Assembly: GCA_052035095.1 (NCBI GenBank) | Contig: JBPOHW010000008.1 | Location: forward strand, 3,060-67,059 | Source of the DNA: Candidatus Moraniibacteriota bacterium | Lineage (GTDB): Bacteria; Patescibacteriota; Minisyncoccia; Moranbacterales; UBA1568 | DNA length: 64,000 nt | Direction of reading: 5' to 3' | In this document: positions 49,168 through 60,953 of the stretch, one piece after another | How the letters are laid out: each line of letters starts with the position of its first letter | Numbering within the stretch: the first letter of the stretch is position 1 | Made by a program: the position numbers and the translations under genes | The notes under the pieces: generated by a model | The model's input: only the letters and a program-made list of their open reading frames with translations | What the model was told of the DNA's origin: nothing | Databases searched by the model: none

Positions 49168-50649
49168 ATGACCATCAACGATCTCTTCAAATCCTGCAAG
49201 TTCCCGCCGTCAAATGAAGGTCGACGCTTCATCACGGCCGCCGTCGCGCTCGCCGAAGATGCCCATCGGGGACAAAAACGAAAGTCCGGTGAAAACTATA
49301 CCGAGCATTGCCTCTCAGTCGGTAAGATTCTCGCCGAACTCGGTATGGAATCGCGTACCATCGCCGCCGGTATTCTTCACGATGTCCCCGAGGACACCGC
49401 CGTATCGCTCGAAACCATTCGAAAACAGTTCGGCGACGAAGTGGCTCGGCTCGTCGATGGCGTCACCAAACTCGGCAAGATCCGCCTCCGCGGTTCGCGC
49501 GAGGAATACTACCTCGAAAATCTCCGCAAAATGTTCCTCGCTATGGCGGAAGATATCCGCGTCGTCATCGTGAAGCTCGCCGACCGACTCCACAATATGC
49601 GCACCCTCGACTACCTCGCGCCCGAGAAACGCCTCCGTATCGCCCGAGAAACCATGGAAATCTACGCTCCGATCGCCAATCGCCTTGGTATCGGCGAAGT
49701 AAAGGGTGAACTCGAAGACCTCGCCTTCAAATATCTCGATCCGGAATCACACGAAAAAACGCTCGGCATCGTCAAAGAATATATGCGCGAAAGCGATTCC
49801 TATCTCGACCGATCGGTCACGGCCATTCGGGAAAGCCTCGCCAAAGAAGGCGTCCGCCTCACGCATATCGAGGGGCGCGCCAAACGACTCTACCGCCTGT
49901 ATCAAAAATTGAAGCGCCACGATATGGACATCAAGCGTGTCTACGATTTGGTCGCCGTCCGGATCATTGTTCCTTCGGTCGCCGATTGCTACGAGGCGTT
50001 TGGCGCCGTCCACAAGCGTTATCGCCCCCTCGTTGGTCGCATCAAGGATTACATTTCCCTCCCCAAACCCAACAACTACCAATCGCTCCATACGACCGTC
50101 TTCGGACCCGAAGGACGCATCATCGAAATTCAAATCCGGACGCAAAAAATGCATGATGAAGCCGAGCTCGGTATCGCCGCTCACTGGGCGTACGCGGAGA
50201 AAGAGCGCGGTTCCGGCTGGCGCAAGCTTTTCTTCCGCCGACACGAAACCGCGCCTCCCAAGGAACTCGCGTGGGTCAAACAGCTCCAAGAATGGCAGAA
50301 AGAAATCGGTCAAGACAATCGGGAGTTTCTCGAAGGAATCAAGATTGACTTCTTCAAAAATCATATTTTCGCTTTCACTCCAAACGGCGATATCATCGAG
50401 CTCCCCGAAGAAGCGACGCCGGTCGACTTCGCCTACGCCATTCACAGTGAAATCGGCAACAGTATGATCGGCGCCAAAGCCGATACCAAAATGGTCCCCC
50501 TCGACTATCACATCAAGAATGGCGAGGTCATTGAAATCGTCACCGACAAAAGCCGAAAAAAACCAAATCCCGATTGGCTCGCCTTCGTCAAAACCTCCCT
50601 CGCCAAATCCCACAGCCAAAAACAACTAAGGAAAGAAGGCGGGTTGTAG
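49168..50649 (+). CDS. RelA/SpoT (p)ppGpp synthetase/hydrolase, HD+SYNTH+TGS only
   Basis: LHDVPED, KLADRLHNMRT, YQSLHT, EIQIRT, TPVDFAY. Confidence 0.95.
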   Translation: MTINDLFKSCKFPPSNEGRRFITAAVALAEDAHRGQKRKSGENYTEHCLSVGKILAELGMESRTIAAGILHDVPEDTAVSLETIRKQFGDEVARLVDGVTKLGKIRLRGSREEYYLENLRKMFLAMAEDIRVVIVKLADRLHNMRTLDYLAPEKRLRIARETMEIYAPIANRLGIGEVKGELEDLAFKYLDPESHEKTLGIVKEYMRESDSYLDRSVTAIRESLAKEGVRLTHIEGRAKRLYRLYQKLKRHDMDIKRVYDLVAVRIIVPSVADCYEAFGAVHKRYRPLVGRIKDYISLPKPNNYQSLHTTVFGPEGRIIEIQIRTQKMHDEAELGIAAHWAYAEKERGSGWRKLFFRRHETAPPKELAWVKQLQEWQKEIGQDNREFLEGIKIDFFKNHIFAFTPNGDIIELPEEATPVDFAYAIHSEIGNSMIGAKADTKMVPLDYHIKNGEVIEIVTDKSRKKPNPDWLAFVKTSLAKSHSQKQLRKEGGL

Positions 50650-50681
50650 GGAACGTACCAAAATACTTTTTTCTTTCCACG

Positions 50682-50715
50682 CAAAAACCGCCCTGATATA
50701 TCGGAGCGGTTTTGG
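50682..50715. terminator. Bidirectional terminator
   Basis: AAAAACCGC...GCGGTTTT between convergent genes. Confidence 0.7.
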
Positions 50716-50761
50716 TTTCTACTGATAAGCTGGTAGCCGATTGCCGAAAGCCGCGCGAGCC

Positions 50762-52501
<1,740 letters not shown>

Positions 52502-52515
52502 TTAGGGTTTACGTA

Positions 52516-52542
52516 TTAGCACTCTCAAACTATGACTGCTAA
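52516..52542. promoter_or_regulatory. CIRCE (HrcA operator)
   Basis: TTAGCACTC-N9-GACTGCTAA, one mismatch to consensus, upstream of groEL. Confidence 0.9.
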
Positions 52543-52645
52543 GTCTGATTGTAAGCAAAGAAAAATCGGGTGTCAAGACCCAAAAAAAGGATTTCCCGAA
52601 GGAAATCCTAAAAAAACACTATCTGATTTATCGACACTTAGAGAA

Positions 52646-53053
52646 TCACGCTCCGGGAAAAAGCTCCCAGAGAATTGTATCTTTCTCAGATGCCCAAGTT
52701 ATTGAATCGTCCAGAGACGATCGTGGCATTACCTTGGGATAACACCAACAGTTACCCGGACACGGTAACTCCAGCTTTGGCGCCAAGAAGGTTACAACTT
52801 CTTGTATCCACTGATTGATCGACTTCTCTTCTCCGTACAGCCCATGCCTACGCCGGTAGTTGTAACACCAAGACGAAAAAGATGGGTTGTCAAGGATAGT
52901 ACACCGGAGGAATTCATCAGGAGACTGCACTCTTTCCATATGAGAGAGTGCTTCGCCGTAAACGAAAATTTTCTGGACATCTTCCAACCTGACGCACCCC
53001 AACATAATATCCCCTAGGCAAGACGAGAGTTCTAAACCGATTTTTTTCGCCAT
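52646..53053 (-). CDS. Hypothetical protein
   Basis: GAGGAG RBS before ATG 53053; hairpin at about 52587-52612 downstream. Confidence 0.65.
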   Translation of the reverse strand: MAKKIGLELSSCLGDIMLGCVRLEDVQKIFVYGEALSHMERVQSPDEFLRCTILDNPSFSSWCYNYRRRHGLYGEEKSINQWIQEVVTFLAPKLELPCPGNCWCYPKVMPRSSLDDSITWASEKDTILWELFPGA

Positions 53054-53120
53054 CGAAATCTCCTCATTCAACAAAAAGTACTGACGAAAAATTATCACAC
53101 TTTCTCAAAAAATGCAAGCC

Positions 53121-54170
53121 TCACACCCGGAAGACCATCACATCACCATCTTGCACGACATACTCTTTTCCTTCGAGGCGAAGCGTGCCTTTTTCGCGCG
53201 CGGCGCTCCACGAGCCCGCCAAGAGGAGCACTTCCCAGTTAATCACTTCGGCGCGGATGAAGCGATCCTTGAAGTCCGTATGAATGGCGGCTCCAGCTTC
53301 CGGAGCAGTCGAGCCTCGGCGAATCGTCCACCCGCGCGTTTCCGTTTCGCCGGTCGTGAAAAACGTCATGAGTCCCAAAAGCGAATACGTCTCGCGGATA
53401 AGATCGTTGATGCGCGATGAAATCCCAAACTCAGCTTGCTCGTCCGCGCTCATCGAAAACAATTCTTCTTCGATTTTCACATCAAGCCGCACATGGGGAC
53501 GTGCGGCGAGTTCCGGCGGAAGCGCCGCCTCCGGATCGGACATATTGTAGACGAAGAGGAACGGCTTCGCCGTCAAAAGTTGGAGTTCGCGAAACACACG
53601 TTTCGAATCTTCACTTTCCGCTATTCCCGCTTCCCTCGCGAGTTTCCCCGCCTGAAGCGCCGACTCAATCGTCTCGAGTATCGGCATCTCGGCAAGCGCG
53701 TCTTTTTTCCCGGCACGCGCGTCTTTCACGGTTTTGAGTTTCCGCTTCTCGATCGTTTCCAAGTCCGCCAAGATAAGCTCGGTATGAATGATATCGATAT
53801 CTTCCTCGGGTGCCACCCGATCGTGGACGTGAATGATATTGGGATTTTCGAAAAGTCGCACGACCTCGATGATCGCGTCCGCCTCGCGAATATTCGCGAG
53901 GAATTTGTTGCCAAGCCCTTCGCCCTTGGACGCGCCGGCAACCAAGCCCGCGATATCGACAAACTCCACGACCGCCGGAACAATCTTTGCCGACTTTGAC
54001 ATCGCCGCAAGCTTGCCGAGTCGCACATCCGGCACCGGCACGACACCAACATTGGGCTCGATCGTGCAAAAGGGATAGTTGTTGATATCCACCGCCTTCC
54101 CCGAAAGCGCCTTGAACAACGTGGACTTCCCCACATTCGGCAGTCCAACAATACCGGCTTTGAGAGACAT
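53121..54170 (-). CDS. ychF: Ribosome-binding ATPase YchF
   Basis: [37 protein letters not shown]. Confidence 0.97.
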   Translation of the reverse strand: MSLKAGIVGLPNVGKSTLFKALSGKAVDINNYPFCTIEPNVGVVPVPDVRLGKLAAMSKSAKIVPAVVEFVDIAGLVAGASKGEGLGNKFLANIREADAIIEVVRLFENPNIIHVHDRVAPEEDIDIIHTELILADLETIEKRKLKTVKDARAGKKDALAEMPILETIESALQAGKLAREAGIAESEDSKRVFRELQLLTAKPFLFVYNMSDPEAALPPELAARPHVRLDVKIEEELFSMSADEQAEFGISSRINDLIRETYSLLGLMTFFTTGETETRGWTIRRGSTAPEAGAAIHTDFKDRFIRAEVINWEVLLLAGSWSAAREKGTLRLEGKEYVVQDGDVMVFRV

Positions 54171-54381
54171 AAAGCTTTGCTGCTGTCAGCTATCCTGCCT
54201 ACCGGCAGGCAGACGGCATTCAGCTGTCAGCATTTAGAAAAGAAAAAGATTCCACTTGCTGTATGCTAGCGGAATCATAGTGACATGTCCATCATCCCAA
54301 AAATCAGGAAAAGTTAAAAGGCACCCAATCGTAATTGGATGCCCTTGGTATTACCCATCTCAGCGAACTTCAGCGAGCGAC

Positions 54382-54618
54382 TTAGCCCTTGGTGCCGCTC
54401 GGCTTCAGGAACTCCAGTGTATCGCCGGGCCGGAGGACATAGACCCCCTGAACATTGTCTCCGGAGATGATCGCCTGAGCATCCGGCGGAATATTGAGGA
54501 CTTCCCCGAAATCCCGACGGATGTCATTCACCGTCCTACCGGCAACGGCGGCCTCCTGCGTATTGGCACCGCACACCAGTTTCACACTTCCGATAGGCTT
54601 CGTTGTGTCAACAGCCAT
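54382..54618 (-). CDS. Prokaryotic ubiquitin-like protein
   Basis: YVLRPGDTLEFLKPSGTKG C-terminus; AGGAGG RBS. Confidence 0.85.
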   Translation of the reverse strand: MAVDTTKPIGSVKLVCGANTQEAAVAGRTVNDIRRDFGEVLNIPPDAQAIISGDNVQGVYVLRPGDTLEFLKPSGTKG

Positions 54619-54676
54619 AAAACCCTCCTGCAACTTGACTGTAAAAAAAGAAACAAATCAGTCGGAACATCCCCGA

Positions 54677-55351
54677 CTACCTCCGAACAACCGCGCGGCA
54701 GTTATTCCCTACAATACAAGCATACACCTCATCATATGTCAAGTATCCTTGACTCGACGCCCAAAAGGCATTCAGCATCAGCGCGGCGATCGTAAAGTTG
54801 GTGGGAATAATTTGCGGTTCAGCCGCAACTTGTTCTCCGCATCCAACTTCATGGGGACTCCTATCCTTCGGCCTTTGAATTTCAGGATGGAATCTATTTG
54901 CCAAAGGAAGCGTCATATCCACTCTATCTTTCCGCACATACACTTGAATATTGCCATCCGTATACTCATTTCCTCCAGAGATAAGTACCACGGAATCCAG
55001 ATCCCGACAGAAGTCAGACACAAGCTTCCTTGTTTTGTGATTATCTACGCACAAGAGAATCGTGTCTCCATCCTCAAGAAGATACTCTATCGAGTCCGGT
55101 GCTACAAATTCCCCGTATGCACGAATCGAAATTTCCGGAAATTCTTTCTTGAGTCTTTCTGCCGCAACCTCAGCCTTATTCCCAATCCGGTCGAATAACT
55201 GACGATCGCGGTTTCGAGGCTCATACCTATCGCCATCAATCACCGTAAGAACGACATCCTCGTCGCCTCCACTGTAATTCAGATACAGGGCGAGCGGCTG
55301 AAGAAGCCAGCTACCAATACCCCCCGCGCCAACAACCTTTATTTTCTTCAC
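54677..55351 (-). CDS. ThiF/E1-like activating enzyme
   Basis: VGAGGIG, IDGD....N..RQ, NKA, CVDNHKTR, candidate catalytic Cys in EVGCGE. Confidence 0.9.
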   Translation of the reverse strand: MKKIKVVGAGGIGSWLLQPLALYLNYSGGDEDVVLTVIDGDRYEPRNRDRQLFDRIGNKAEVAAERLKKEFPEISIRAYGEFVAPDSIEYLLEDGDTILLCVDNHKTRKLVSDFCRDLDSVVLISGGNEYTDGNIQVYVRKDRVDMTLPLANRFHPEIQRPKDRSPHEVGCGEQVAAEPQIIPTNFTIAALMLNAFWASSQGYLTYDEVYACIVGNNCRAVVRR

Positions 55352-55362
55352 GCTATCACCTC

Positions 55363-56268
55363 TCAGAGTTGAACTTCCCCATTAATCAGGTCTCCCTTTC
55401 CGTTAGACGGAGAGGGCACCTCCTTGGAAACCCTTTCCATCCACACTTTCGGGAATGGATAATTCCGATAGTCCTTACCTTCGGGAAATACAAGGTCAAA
55501 GAACTGCTGACGGTACAAATATTGTCCGTATCGCTCTTTCGGAATCCATGGCTCATCCGGACCAAGAATCATATCGTCCAGCCAATTCTTCAACCTTCCC
55601 GCAACAGAACATTGGTCGCCATACCCTTCGCGACTCACGCCAAGTGGACGACGATATCCGCGCGAGCTCTTCGTGGGAACAGTATACTCCACTTCCTTTA
55701 TGCCGGAGATTATATCGCCGGGATTCATTGGGAAGCGATTGTTATTAACCGCGATAGAGCCGATCACCATGAAATACGGTTGATCAACCCTACCAATGGT
55801 AATGTGTATACCGTCAAGGTGTTGCTCGTCATGAATATCCACACCAGAATGAAACGCCCCGAAATTCGCATGGGAGTGGATAGTGCCAACCAATTGCAAT
55901 CCCTCATCCACCCGCCCCCGACTTTGATACGAAACCGAAGTTCCGGTTACTCGTTGAAGGGGAGCATCCAGTACATAGGCGCCATTCCGAGCATCATAGT
56001 ACAACAACACCGCAGCCTCAGCTGCATATTCCTCATACACCCGACGGAAGAACAAGACCACTGGCGCCACGACAAATGACGGGATCTTTGGAACACGAAG
56101 CGTTACCCTCGTATCCACTTCCCCCAAAAAGGAAATGCCATCCACCTTTACCATCGCCCGCACCAGACCAGTATCCTTGCTCAAGTAAATACCTCCTCGA
56201 GCAATAACATAGTATGTCCCTGCTTGCGGCAATGACACCTGACCATCCAAAACATAGATCGGAAACAT
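55363..56268 (-). CDS. JAB/MPN-domain peptidase (deubiquitinase-like)
   Basis: EAAVLL...GTIHSH..FGAFHSGVDIHDE. Confidence 0.9.
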   Translation of the reverse strand: MFPIYVLDGQVSLPQAGTYYVIARGGIYLSKDTGLVRAMVKVDGISFLGEVDTRVTLRVPKIPSFVVAPVVLFFRRVYEEYAAEAAVLLYYDARNGAYVLDAPLQRVTGTSVSYQSRGRVDEGLQLVGTIHSHANFGAFHSGVDIHDEQHLDGIHITIGRVDQPYFMVIGSIAVNNNRFPMNPGDIISGIKEVEYTVPTKSSRGYRRPLGVSREGYGDQCSVAGRLKNWLDDMILGPDEPWIPKERYGQYLYRQQFFDLVFPEGKDYRNYPFPKVWMERVSKEVPSPSNGKGDLINGEVQL

Positions 56269-56270
56269 AT

Positions 56271-56955
56271 CTAGCTCCTCGCATTCAATTGACGTTTCAA
56301 TTCATCGGGTCCAACCATCCGCCAAAGAAGGACTTCTTCGGAGAGCTGTGCAAATTCCCCCTCCAGGATTGACCGAAACACCTCGGATACCACTTTTTGA
56401 AAGGTTGCCATAGTATTCGCGTCGACACGCATCGCGTCAAACGAGTCTTCGGTCAAGCGAAACAACTCTTCAATAAAACCACGCTCACACTTTTCGAGCA
56501 ATTCAGCCGCCACGTGCGAGTGTCTTCTCTCCACCCGAAGAGTACTCATTGTCTTCATAAGCGCTCCCTGCAACCCTTCCATCCCTTGAGAAAAAGCTCT
56601 CTCGAGACACCTTGAGATTGCAATCTCCATGCCCTCCTCTTCGAAGTCGGCAATTTCCCGCGCGATCACACGTCTAAGCGTCACATGGGAACTTACCCAC
56701 TGAAGATTGAGCATGAACGAAGGATCTTTCCTTGATTCTACCTCCCACCGATCAAAACTTGAGAGAGCAGGCTCTCTCTCCTGATACATTTCATATCCCC
56801 CTCTCAAGTCCGTATTAAACTGACTCTCCCAGAAATACCCAACAATCTCACTCGCACGAGCAAATATCCCACGTTCAGCATGTCTCGAAAACCCGAGACA
56901 CACCCGACCATCCCCGTCAATATTGGGCAAGTTAGCTCGGAAAAACCGATCCTCC
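56271..56955 (-). pseudogene. Prokaryotic E2 (family D-like), 5'-truncated
   Basis: FRANLPNIDGDGRVCLG...FWESQFNTDL; the ORF start derives from a hairpin. Confidence 0.7.
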
Positions 56956-56991
56956 AATGAAAACCACCGGCGATAGCCGGTGGTTTTCATT
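56956..56991. terminator. Perfect 15-bp hairpin at the E2 junction
   Basis: AATGAAAACCACCGG-CGATAG-CCGGTGGTTTTCATT. Confidence 0.8.
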
Positions 56992-57115
56992 TAAACAACA
57001 CCACTGCATCAAGGGAACATGCCATCCCCGAAATGCATCGTATCACTCTTACATAAACCGGAATAGATGTCAAGGATCACTTCATCAGTAGTACAATCAA
57101 TATTCAATCCGCGAG

Positions 57116-57195
57116 ACCGCCTTCCCCGAAAGCGCCTTGAACAAGGTGGACTTCCCCACATTCGGCAACCCGACAATACCGGCTTTGAGAGACAT
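57116..57195 (-). repeat. Copy of the first 80 nt of ychF
   Basis: 76/80 identical to 54091-54170. Confidence 0.95.
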
Positions 57196-57202
57196 AAAAA
57201 GT

Positions 57203-58948
57203 TTATTTCAAAGACCCACCCCATTCAACTACGGTAAATCCTTTCCGATCCGGAGTATGAATCTCGAATGGCTTCACTGAAATTTTTTCGTCAAGCCCTC
57301 GGTATCGCATGAAAACTCTCACAACACTCTCCGGCTTCGGAACGACGTGAAGCGGAGCCATCTCATCAATCACTCCCTTCGGAAGAAACGTGATGAAATA
57401 ATACGGCTTGTTTTCGTTGAGCATTCTCGAAACCCAGAACTCCTTGAAATCTCTCGATTCCTGTGCGCTCAAACCAAGTTTCGCGAGTGTTTCATCAAAG
57501 AAGCTGTCAAGGTTCGCCTTTTCAATGACAAACCCCGACTCATCGGACAGATATGACGAGTGCGCATTCCCTTCCCAGAAAAGATACGGGTATCGCTTTC
57601 CATCTGAAGCGTTGGTGAGCTGTCCATCGGGACGCGCCATCACATTCCAGCCGCTTCCGTACAAAGGGTCGGAAAATGTCAAACCGTCATTCGGTTCGAC
57701 ACGCACAGAAACATTTTCGGTTTTTTCGGGATAGAGGTAAATAACCGGCTTGCCGCATCCACCCGCGATAACATAGCTGTCATTGACAAACTTCATGAGA
57801 TTTCCAAGGGGATCCCTCCAGAAAAAGACAAGATGCTTCCCATTTACAAAATCATCATAGGCAGTATCTTTTTGAAAAAAATTCGAGTCCCCAAAACTGG
57901 AAACACTATCCATATTCTCTTTATACCAATCCTTGAGATACTGGGTATTTTTGTCTTTGTACTCATAAATGGCATCGCCGTACATCGTCTTCCCTGCCAA
58001 TACGAGATCGTCGGTCGTGACGACATCATCGGCAACGGGACCAGACGAACCGCATCCGCCGCCAGGATATATCCGCCTAAAAGTATCCGCGGATTTCCAC
58101 CCGTCACTCCATGTTATTTGAGGAACATCATTTTTCAAAAAATCAGGGATGAGAGCATACTGAACTTCCGTTCCGTATGGGGATCGAAAGGAAATTGTTT
58201 CAGTACCGTCTGACGGAACATTTAAGAAAGCCGGACCGAATATCGGATCGACATGGGCAAGAGTCAAATTTCGTTTGTCTGTTTTTGGATCGAAAAAAGC
58301 TTCGTCAGAACTGGCGAGAGAGACGCTTTGAAGTTCAAAAATCGCCCCTCTAAATGTTACATAGCCCGGATAATCCAAAGAATGTATCGTTTTATTATCA
58401 AAAGATTCAGCTAGAGCAACAACAGTATCACGATTATCGAGACCAAACAACTTAAAAAAATCTCCCGAGGAATAAAGCATGTACTGTTCGTAGCGGACCT
58501 GCTCATTGGGCGTTCCTCGATTCCATACACTTTTCGAAAAAAGAAAATACGGAACTCCTCCGGGACCACTGTTTGGATCATCAAAAACAAGAAAAATTAT
58601 AGTATCCCCATTTGAATTACTGCCAACCTCCCATGCCTTCATATTGGAACGTGCCACATCCCCGTCCGAGCCCTTCTGAAAAAACTCTGGCGTCTCAATC
58701 GGCTTTCTCTCGACATACCACTGTATGGTTCCGTCGTCGAGCGCGAACCCGGCTCTCGCGGGGGATGCCACATCCGATGTTCCCTTCGCAAACTCCGCCT
58801 TTTGTGGCGCAATCAGTACCGGTTGTTTTTGGAATTGTGAAATACCAAAAAGAACTTTCCGGCTCGCGAGAAAAAATGAGACCGACACCACAGCGGACAC
58901 AAGGGCAAAAGCGCAAATCGCTATACCGAACTTAATTTGTTTGGACAT
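57203..58948 (-). CDS. Membrane-anchored exported protein with a KPVIYLYP-type C-terminal domain
   Basis: N-terminal TM; [10 protein letters not shown]...YLFWEG...VVEWGG. Confidence 0.8.
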   Translation of the reverse strand: MSKQIKFGIAICAFALVSAVVSVSFFLASRKVLFGISQFQKQPVLIAPQKAEFAKGTSDVASPARAGFALDDGTIQWYVERKPIETPEFFQKGSDGDVARSNMKAWEVGSNSNGDTIIFLVFDDPNSGPGGVPYFLFSKSVWNRGTPNEQVRYEQYMLYSSGDFFKLFGLDNRDTVVALAESFDNKTIHSLDYPGYVTFRGAIFELQSVSLASSDEAFFDPKTDKRNLTLAHVDPIFGPAFLNVPSDGTETISFRSPYGTEVQYALIPDFLKNDVPQITWSDGWKSADTFRRIYPGGGCGSSGPVADDVVTTDDLVLAGKTMYGDAIYEYKDKNTQYLKDWYKENMDSVSSFGDSNFFQKDTAYDDFVNGKHLVFFWRDPLGNLMKFVNDSYVIAGGCGKPVIYLYPEKTENVSVRVEPNDGLTFSDPLYGSGWNVMARPDGQLTNASDGKRYPYLFWEGNAHSSYLSDESGFVIEKANLDSFFDETLAKLGLSAQESRDFKEFWVSRMLNENKPYYFITFLPKGVIDEMAPLHVVPKPESVVRVFMRYRGLDEKISVKPFEIHTPDRKGFTVVEWGGSLK

Positions 58949-58991
58949 ACTTCATCATAAGAAAGTTACACAACTACAGTATACACCACTT

Positions 58992-59038
58992 GACTTCCCC
59001 GCATTCGGCAACCCAACAATACCAGCTTTGAGAGACAT
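58992..59038 (-). repeat. Copy of the first 47 nt of ychF
   Basis: Encodes [16 protein letters not shown], then diverges. Confidence 0.9.
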
Positions 59039-59063
59039 AGAAATAAAATCGAAAAACTGAAAT

Positions 59064-59357
59064 TTAGAAACTCAGAAAATCATTAACGCGTCTAAGAACG
59101 AGAACATATAACCCTGTAAACATTAACCAAATGAGAGCCTGTAGGAAGATTTTACTCTTCATAAAATCGGTCTTGTTTATCATCTCAAAAACTTTAGCAA
59201 AAGAACCAAAAATAAAGGTGGCGAGAGATATCTTTAGAGCCAATTCATTGACAGACCAAATGGATATTAAAAATCCAAAACCGCCAAAGATTCGAAAACC
59301 TCTCCCTATATTGAGAGTTTTTAAAACTTCATCAACCTTACCAAGATTAAGATCCAT
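59064..59357 (-). CDS. Small membrane protein
   Basis: About three hydrophobic segments; AT-rich. Confidence 0.65.
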   Translation of the reverse strand: MDLNLGKVDEVLKTLNIGRGFRIFGGFGFLISIWSVNELALKISLATFIFGSFAKVFEMINKTDFMKSKIFLQALIWLMFTGLYVLVLRRVNDFLSF

Positions 59358-59377
59358 AACATCATCTGATAAAAAAT

Positions 59378-60214
59378 CTATTTCAGTCTATTTGCATCAC
59401 TTCCACCACCAAGAAAGTTTTTCCCGCTCACTATCTTCTTTCCGGTTTTCGCTTCCAACTCCAATCGCGCGTTTTTTGCTACCCGCCCACCTTTCCGTGC
59501 CGGAACTTTGTTTGCTTCCAAACCCTTTGTCCGCATCGTTTCGGCGATGTGTCGGGTGGAAAGTTCGGCAAGCGCGGTAAATACCAGTTCCGCGTCACTC
59601 ATGTGGTCGCGTAAATTTTCTCTTTCGAGACTTTTCAAATTCTTGTGTTCCTTCACGGTAAGGTCGCTCCATTCCCGATGAATGATATCCGCAAGAATCG
59701 CATACTCGTCCCGCCCTCTGACTTCGTTTTCTTTCCAGTAGTCGGTCAGTTTATTGCGAATTTCCTGCCCCATCATTCTCTGCTGTATCCATTTCTCGCT
59801 CCGCCCCATACCCAGCCAATATTCTCGAGAACGGTTGAGTGCCTTTTCCGGATCATTCATCTCTTCCATGCGTTCATACCCCACCCGCGCGAGCCAGAGC
59901 TTCACCGGCTCGGCTTTGGAACTGGGAATTGACTGAATTATCCTTAAGAGATGTTCTGGGTTGCCTGCGAGCGTTTTCCTTTTTTTTCCTGTTTCAGTCA
60001 ACATTTCTACCTGGGGACAATGTGTCCCTATGTATGTTCCAACTTCAGGATCTCTTTTTCGAAGTTTCTTTAAATAATCCGTCGGATTGAGACTTTCGGT
60101 TAGTACAGAGATAATATCAACCAGCGAGAAGTACCACTTCTCTTCTTTTTCATTCCACACCCGTCGAATCTTCCGCCCTTCAAAAACTGTCAAATTTTCG
60201 GGTATGTCATTCAT
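59378..60214 (-). CDS. Bro-N domain protein (paralog of 40074-40910)
   Basis: IRRVWNE..EKWYFS, IIQSIPSSKAEP, NLRDHM. Confidence 0.9.
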   Translation of the reverse strand: MNDIPENLTVFEGRKIRRVWNEKEEKWYFSLVDIISVLTESLNPTDYLKKLRKRDPEVGTYIGTHCPQVEMLTETGKKRKTLAGNPEHLLRIIQSIPSSKAEPVKLWLARVGYERMEEMNDPEKALNRSREYWLGMGRSEKWIQQRMMGQEIRNKLTDYWKENEVRGRDEYAILADIIHREWSDLTVKEHKNLKSLERENLRDHMSDAELVFTALAELSTRHIAETMRTKGLEANKVPARKGGRVAKNARLELEAKTGKKIVSGKNFLGGGSDANRLK

Positions 60215-60245
60215 AGCCCATCAAACAAGTAAAACTTTGAACTTT

Positions 60246-60782
60246 TCATTGTAAACTTCGCACCCTATACAAACACCATGCCGACAGAAAGCGGCTGTTT
60301 TCCACGTCACCCTTTCGGATCATGGTTTCGATTTCCTCTTCCGTGAACCAAAAGCTCTCGATCGCGCCTTCTTCTTCCGGATCGGGCGGAAGCGACTCCT
60401 CCTTCAAGTCTTCGCCGACAAAAACATACATCCGCCCCTTGGATCGGCGATGATCATAGTAGTAGTCACCGATCACCGTGAGCCTCCCCGCGCGATAGCC
60501 CGCTTCTTCCATCAGTTCACGGTTGGCGCCCACATCAACACTCTCGTCCGGCAAGAGGAGCCCGCCCGGGAGCTGATAGATGTGTTCGTTGGGCGGATAG
60601 GAATACTCGCGCTGAACGAGGATTTTGCCGTCGGTTCGGCGACAAATCACCGTCGCGCCATCAACCGCGTGCTTGGTATGAAGGTAGGTTGAACGAGTCC
60701 CATTGGGAAGCTCAACCTCGTCTTCGAGGAGCGTCACCTTGGGATGCATAAATACCTCTTTCGAGGAGAGTTTTTTCCACAT
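60246..60782 (-). CDS. NUDIX hydrolase, ADP-ribose pyrophosphatase-like
   Basis: LPGG..PDES...ANRELMEEAGY. Confidence 0.92.
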   Translation of the reverse strand: MWKKLSSKEVFMHPKVTLLEDEVELPNGTRSTYLHTKHAVDGATVICRRTDGKILVQREYSYPPNEHIYQLPGGLLLPDESVDVGANRELMEEAGYRAGRLTVIGDYYYDHRRSKGRMYVFVGEDLKEESLPPDPEEEGAIESFWFTEEEIETMIRKGDVENSRFLSAWCLYRVRSLQ

Positions 60783-60953
60783 ATGACCCTATCTTGACGA
60801 CTCTTCCCCAAGCTGTCAATCTTGGGGAAACAACCAACTGGCAACAGACAACTGACAACAAGAAAGCCCTTTTGAACTCCGCATCATTATTCATTCTCTA
60901 CTCTTCATTCTTAATTCCTCATTCTTAATTCTTCATTCTTAATTCTCTCCCCT

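Noticed and set aside
49168-50649. RelA/SpoT lacking the ACT domain as a pseudogene
   Set aside because: Catalytic and TGS domains are intact with a clean stop and terminator; short forms are plausible in reduced genomes.
57009-57224. 71-aa ORF
   Set aside because: Chimera of an out-of-frame ychF 5' copy and junction sequence.
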